Shown here: in pieces, positions 37,560 to 42,602 of the stretch
How positions within the stretch are numbered: position 1 is the first letter of the stretch
Layout of the letters: the number at the start of each line of letters is the position of its first letter
Assembly: GCA_045837725.1 (NCBI GenBank)
Contig: JBEWZL010000184.1
Coordinates: forward strand, 496,001 to 538,602
From: Vermamoeba vermiformis
Lineage: Eukaryota
DNA: 42,602 bases
Direction: 5' to 3'
Translations under genes and position numbers: made by a program
The notes under the pieces: model-generated
Database searches by the model: none
What the model was told of the DNA's origin: nothing
The model's input: only the letters and a program-made list of their open reading frames with translations

Positions 37560-39320
37560 TAGAATGAGAACGACTCTGATGTCTCGATCCCTGCTAAATT
37601 AACACAGTGTGCCGAAAGTAAGTTTAAAGAATACAATGTATCAAATATAATGTACTGAAATCTTTTTTCTTCTAGTTTGAGCACAAGAGTGACTTAGCGG
37701 ATGTGGTGCACGGGCATCTTACCGGTGCTCAATTTCAAGAATAGTGCGAAGTGTACAAGTCGTTAGTACCAGAAAATTACTCTATTATACAGGGACTAAT
37801 ATGTTGTGGCGATAGCTAGGTTAGGATTGCTGACAGGACGAAGGGATGCGATACAACTATGAGCCGAACGCGATCTTCACGTGAATACAAAATTGATTGA
37901 TAGCGTAAGTTAACAATTTAGTATGAGTAATTAGCGAATACTAACTTATAATTGCTATAGAAACTGTTCAAACGATAGGCCAACGCGCTAAGGCTCGCGA
38001 CAGATCTGGTACGCTCTTTCCTCTCAAGTTTCTTAGAGACGTCGGCAGCCTAATTAACCATTTATTTGGTTAGAAGTAGCTCACGTACTTCAACTGAAGA
38101 GTAGATCCTGAGAACAAATTGATGGGTGAACCCAGAGTGCGCGTCTGCTCCGGTGTCTAATTTAGCTTAATGAACCAGTAAGTAGTATCTCGATTATACT
38201 ACGAAGTGACTAACGATAAATAGGCTTAACTGCCACGAAATTCGATCATGTTGTGCGGATGAACCAAGGGCAGAAAGGTTGGCTATGATTTCCTTTATTT
38301 TTTAAGCTTGTAATAATTCGTTACTCGATCAGGGTCAATTGAACGAGCGTTTGTTTTTCGATCGCAGATACGCACCAATGTCGGTTTGCCTCCACTACAC
38401 GACGAATGTCGTTTGTCCTCCCTGCAGGACGAATGTCGGTTGTCCTCCCTGCAGGACAAATGTTGGCTGTCCTCCCTGCACGACGAATGTCGGTTGTCCT
38501 GTGTCGGGCAGGCAAAACCTACTACTACGTTCTTTTCCTCTTGCTGCTCACCTGACGACCACAACCACACAACCCAATTATTTTTATTTTAGTGGTGGCT
38601 GCGATGGTAAGTTAGTTTAATTTTGCTTGGTTTATCCAGATTCCTCCTCTAACGTTGCTCCGTAGGGTGTAACTACACCGCGGTGATAGTCTTAGCAACG
38701 CGAATGACTTGCTACCATCCTAAACGAGGTAAGCCAATTTATTTTAATTTAATTTAAATTAATTTATTTTTACTTCGGTTCGATTCGAGCCTCTTTTTCT
38801 TACCATTTTACTTTCCCAGGTCCTCAAACGCACTGTTCGTATCTACGGTCATAGTAGACCAAATTCGTGGTTTCTCCTGAACAAGGTAATTTTTTTTTTT
38901 AATTCCAGATTTGGTGTGCGTATCCTAACTTGACGTTCAGCTTCCTTCTTCGTCTTTGTCTTAGTCCTGCAAGCCCTTAACGGTGTATTGCAGCATCGTT
39001 ACGATAGTTGGCACAGTCCCCAGCTCAATCATCTCAGGTAAGTCCGTTGTGTTCCCGATTCGATTCGGGTCATCCTTCTTTTCTGACTGTTTGAGTTTAA
39101 TTAGGGCCTCAAAACTATTGGTTGATCACTATGGTCAACATAGACAACCATTTGTGCATTGCCAAGCACGGATCGAACCTGCCAAGGCAATTTGGAATGG
39201 TAAGTTTATTTTACTTCGGATTTGATTGGTTGACTAACTCTGAGTTTAGCCCTCCCCGTCATTGTTGTACGCCAGCAGTGTTGTTCTTGATTGTTGCCTT
39301 TTGCGTTGTCTGCTGAGAAC
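37560..39320 (+). pseudogene. Decayed multi-exon gene(s) or spliced non-coding locus
   Basis: Regularly alternating YAG acceptors and GTAAGT/GTACG donors around more GC-rich blocks. Several blocks carry stops in the plausible frame. Confidence 0.4.
38372..38500. repeat. 27-bp minisatellite, about 5 copies
   Basis: Unit ASGACGAATGTCGGTTGTCCTCCCTGC at about 38372, 38399, 38426, 38453 and 38480. Confidence 0.92.
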
Positions 39321-39411
39321 TGAGGCTCCTGGTGATGGTGGGAGGCTCCTCTGTGCCTAGTCAAACCTTTTTTCAGCGTGGCTCGCACCATTCCCTCTGC
39401 TCTCAGTGTGC

Positions 39412-39990
39412 CACCGTCCAGTTATTGGACGGTTCCCTCCATAGCTCGACACCGTCCAATTATTGGACGCTGGCTCCATGCCTCAGCTCTGTGACGTCTT
39501 CAACGTGACACCGTCCAGTTATTGGACGCTCCTTTCAGTGCCGTGCCCTACGCAACACCGTCCAGTTATTTGCCCCGATGCAACACCGTCCAGTTATAGG
39601 ACGGTCCTTCTGTGGCGTCCATGACGCAACACCGTCCAGTTATTGGACGGTCTCCTCAGCGTGGCTTGCACCGTTCTTGCACTGCCCAACAGTTGGACGC
39701 TTAATTGGCGCATGGCTCGCACTGCCCAGCCTCTGGACGCTTTGCTAGCACTACACTCACTGCGGTGTGACTTGAACCGTCCAAGACTTGGACGCTTGGT
39801 GTTGCGTGGCTCGCACCTCCGGTTATTGGTGGTATCCTCTGCACCATGCCATCAGAGTGTCCCCACTGCTCTTAGCACGCCACCGTCCAGTTATTGGACG
39901 CCCTCTGTGCTATGCCTCAGCTCGACACCGTCCAGTTATTGGACGGTTCCCTCCGTGCCGTGCCTCAGCTTGACACTGTCCAGTTATTAT
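39412..39990. repeat. Array of about 13 palindromic 20-21-bp repeats with variable spacers
   Basis: CACCGTCCAGTTATTGGACG(G/C) at about 39412, 39450, 39509, 39556, 39584, 39630, 39881, 39926 and 39974, with degenerate copies at 39680, 39720, 39775 and 39814. Confidence 0.92.
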
Positions 39991-40249
39991 ATTATACTGG
40001 TAATAGGGCTAGGGCTGGGAGTTTTGAGGTCAGTTGGGCACGTACATAGGGCGTCCTCCATGGCGGACGCCCTCCCCCACAAGGACCAGTGAATACACAA
40101 GGTATCATCCGTGGAGGATGCCCTGCTGCTTGGATGGACTGAAAGTGTATCAAACAGGCTGCACTTGGTGAAAGAAACCTGTTTATTGCATTTTGGCTGC
40201 ATTACGTCTCTGTGTGTGTGTGTGCTACTAAGCATTAACAGAATAATGA

Positions 40250-40886
40250 CTATTGTAGTTTCTTGGGTACTGGCCATGCAGCTTTCTTGGCATAAGCAAG
40301 GATGTGGACAAAGCCTGATGACTGAGCAATGCTCAATGCATCTTCCAAGGGAACGTAAAGGTTGCAGTAGGCAAAGAGCAAGCATTCCAAGTGCCCTTGA
40401 GCAGCAGCCAAGTGACAGGTATTGTTGGTGGGCTGAAAGCGCAGGCCAGAGAGCTTGACCATTCCAGCAATGGATCCCAGCGAAGCAGCTCGATCCAACA
40501 AGTATTCGTCGCAGATATGTTTGCAATTGCGGCTGACAAGTCGTAGTGATCCAAGGCTCCATTGGCACCCACCAGGTGAAGAATCAAATGACTGACTCCA
40601 TAACAAGGCAATCCTGGGGAGGATTACCTGGCTTGGAATGATCGGCAACAAAGGCTACGAAAAGATGTTAAGAAGGTGTTTAAATAGGAGCTCCTATTAC
40701 CTGCTCGTACTTGCGGCGCTTGCTGGGTGCTGAGGGAATATTGTCAGTCGTGGATGCACGGTGGGGTCCAAGCAGTATGCGAGGTGCACCAGGGTCTCTG
40801 GGCGGGCTGTATTATGCATTAAATAATGTACAATTAGATAATTCAAGCACTTACATATTGGAGAAGAGCTTCAGGCGGCGGTCCAT
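40250..40886 (-). CDS. Small F-box-like + ankyrin-like repeat protein (3 exons)
   Basis: ATG 40886; introns 40854-40807 and 40700-40655 keep the frame. NLS-like PSKRRKY, F-box-like LRLVSRNCKHICDE, ankyrin-like NTCHLAAAQGHLECLLFAY. Confidence 0.7.
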
Positions 40887-41600
40887 TGTGTTGCTACGTT
40901 TTGGGAAAAACAAAAAATGAAAGCTTTGGAAACTCGTGTAGACCTATTGAGCAAGGTTAAATAATCAATTAATCACATTGCTTTCAGCGAAAGCTATCTG
41001 TTTGATACTTTAGAGTTTTAAACCTGTGGTTACAACTTGGGATTCAGGGCAAAATAGTTTTAGACTTGCCTGAATGCAAAATAATGATTAGAAATGCAAT
41101 GGGAATAAATATTGAAGTGTTATCAATTTTTTGATAGCGAGTTTGGTTGCAGATTCGGGATGAGAAAGTTCAAAGTACGTACACCCGAGCAAAAACGAAT
41201 AATCACGTTGCCGATGCAAAAAGCAGTCTGTTTAGTAGATATTCACCGTATTAGTAACTGTACTGAGTCATTATTAAGCCAAAAATTTTCGGATTCAGGA
41301 TCTGCTTCATTGCCCACATGTTAGTAGGCAATGAATATTGATGGGAGAAGCATAATAGTATTAATTACTGTCAACATAATATAATGAAGTGAAAAGAAGT
41401 GTTAAATTTGAAGGTTTTTAATCTTTGATCCAGCGTTGCCAGATTTAGAAACGAATTTGTGCAACCGAATAAAAATTTATTAAAAACAATTACCAATTGG
41501 CCTCAAAACAATTGACATTATAGAGTAAAAGTCGCTGATCATCACTATGTAATTACTTTTAATACTGGAAACCGCCGAACCGAGAAAAGTGCGTTCCAGT

Positions 41601-41733
41601 AAAATCCTCCCTCGCGGTTTTTGGGAGGATTTTCACCTGTGGCCGTTAGTATTTCTATCCCAGGATCCAATGCAGCCGCAACAGAGGGGCACAAAGGGTC
41701 AAAATCTCGTGGGGTGTAATTTACCACGAGATT
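41601..41733. repeat. Twin perfect inverted repeats (hairpins)
   Basis: AAAATCCTCCC-N11-GGGAGGATTTT at 41601-41633 and AATCTCGTGG-N11-CCACGAGATT at 41703-41733. Confidence 0.8.
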
Positions 41734-42208
41734 AAATAACCTAGCAGCAGACTAGAAAAACTTTTTTTCCAATGCAAGCCAGATTTAATTTTTTTTTTGG
41801 ATTTTGCGACTGGTAAGTCTTTTAATGATTAATTTCATATAAATTATGTTAGAATAGCATAAAAATAACATATTACACGTTAAAAAAATAAGAATATTGA
41901 TTTTCTATCAATTTTTGGTCCTGATCAATTTTTTGATCCGGGTCAAATCTGCAATTGTTGAAGTTGCAGACGTATTAAAATATATCCCTATAATATTTTA
42001 ATTACTTTTATTAATAGCAAACATCAATTAAGGCCGTAAAAGCAAAAAAGTTTTCGATTCGAGATACGGGATTGTTGGATTTGGCGGAATAACAACTGGT
42101 AAGTAACTCTCTATTCACCAATATGCATTACTAATTATATCAAGAGCGTATCTTAAATTGGTTGCCCACAATGAGCAAAGATCGGTGGTGGAAGTTGAAA
42201 AGTGTTAT

Positions 42209-42602
42209 TCAGGTGGCAATATCCATAGAGTCAACAGAGGACTCATCTTTTGACTTCTCCTCCGAGGAGCTGGAATGGTCACTGCTCTCACCGTAGTCTT
42301 GGTCATCGTCCTCCTCTTCTTCTTCCTCTTCTGATTCCTCATCCTCTTCATCATCTTCGGTGTCGCTTGCTCGCAAGGTTCTGAGTCGTCGTTCCTCCTC
42401 AGAGAAGGAGGCAAAGAGGTTGGCAATGGTATTGCGCAACCGCTGACGGCACCTATCATCGAAAGGCAAATCAGGGGCTTTATCCAGCAAAGCCTTATCA
42501 TCAGCTGTTAGGTACTGTTTAACCAGCCTGTTTTCCGTGAGCTCATCAACGCGTTTGGCAACCAAATTGAGCACTTCCACTCCATCTGGAAGCAGCTCAA
42601 CT
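42209..42602 (-). CDS. 3' end of a hypothetical protein with an acidic C-terminal tail (runs off the window)
   Basis: The frame is open to the window edge; a helical region is followed by a D/E/S-rich tail; stop at 42209. Confidence 0.65.
   Translation of the reverse strand, partial: VELLPDGVEVLNLVAKRVDELTENRLVKQYLTADDKALLDKAPDLPFDDRCRQRLRNTIANLFASFSEEERRLRTLRASDTEDDEEDEESEEEEEEEDDDQDYGESSDHSSSSEEKSKDESSVDSMDIAT

Noticed and set aside
36620-39320. Stop-codon reassignment or selenocysteine explaining the in-frame stops
   Set aside because: All three stop types occur, intact genes end normally with TAA, TAG or TGA, and the stops are confined to the decayed zone.
39412-39990. Calling the array a true CRISPR
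   Set aside because: The context is eukaryotic, there are no cas genes, spacer lengths are irregular and the spacers are related to one another.

Overview
This is eukaryotic nuclear DNA from a gene-dense protist. It has short GT-AG introns with GTAAGT/GTACGT donors and CTAAY/CTGAC branch points; an amoebozoan-like source is inferred, not shown. The ORF track therefore splits most genes into exons. From 1 to about 36.6 kb there are 17 apparently intact genes: F-box/SPRY, F-box-like, beta-hydroxyacid dehydrogenase, ornithine decarboxylase, a small HNH-like protein, an NAD+-dependent DNA ligase with an organellar presequence, a secreted GH+CBM protein, PTH2, CPSF30, ISCU, a 73-aa microprotein, HAP2/GCS1, a CaMK, a Ubl/coiled-coil/WCA protein, DOMON-cytochrome b561, a dynamin-like/RING/VPS9 fusion and a GH28. 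A 1.57-kb TIR element with an 8-bp target-site duplication sits in a divergent promoter. From about 36.6 kb to the end the DNA is gene-poor: decayed genes, CpG decay, a 27-bp minisatellite, a palindromic repeat array, twin hairpins and an F-box/ankyrin gene. The best candidates for something new are (1) an ODC whose coding frame has no AUG and is reachable only by a +1 shift in a poly-Lys tract (recoding versus assembly indel is unresolved), (2) the dynamin-like/RING/VPS9 fusion, (3) a possible new Arp2/3 activator architecture and (4) the intron-bearing LigA. Gene coordinates span introns and were assembled by eye.
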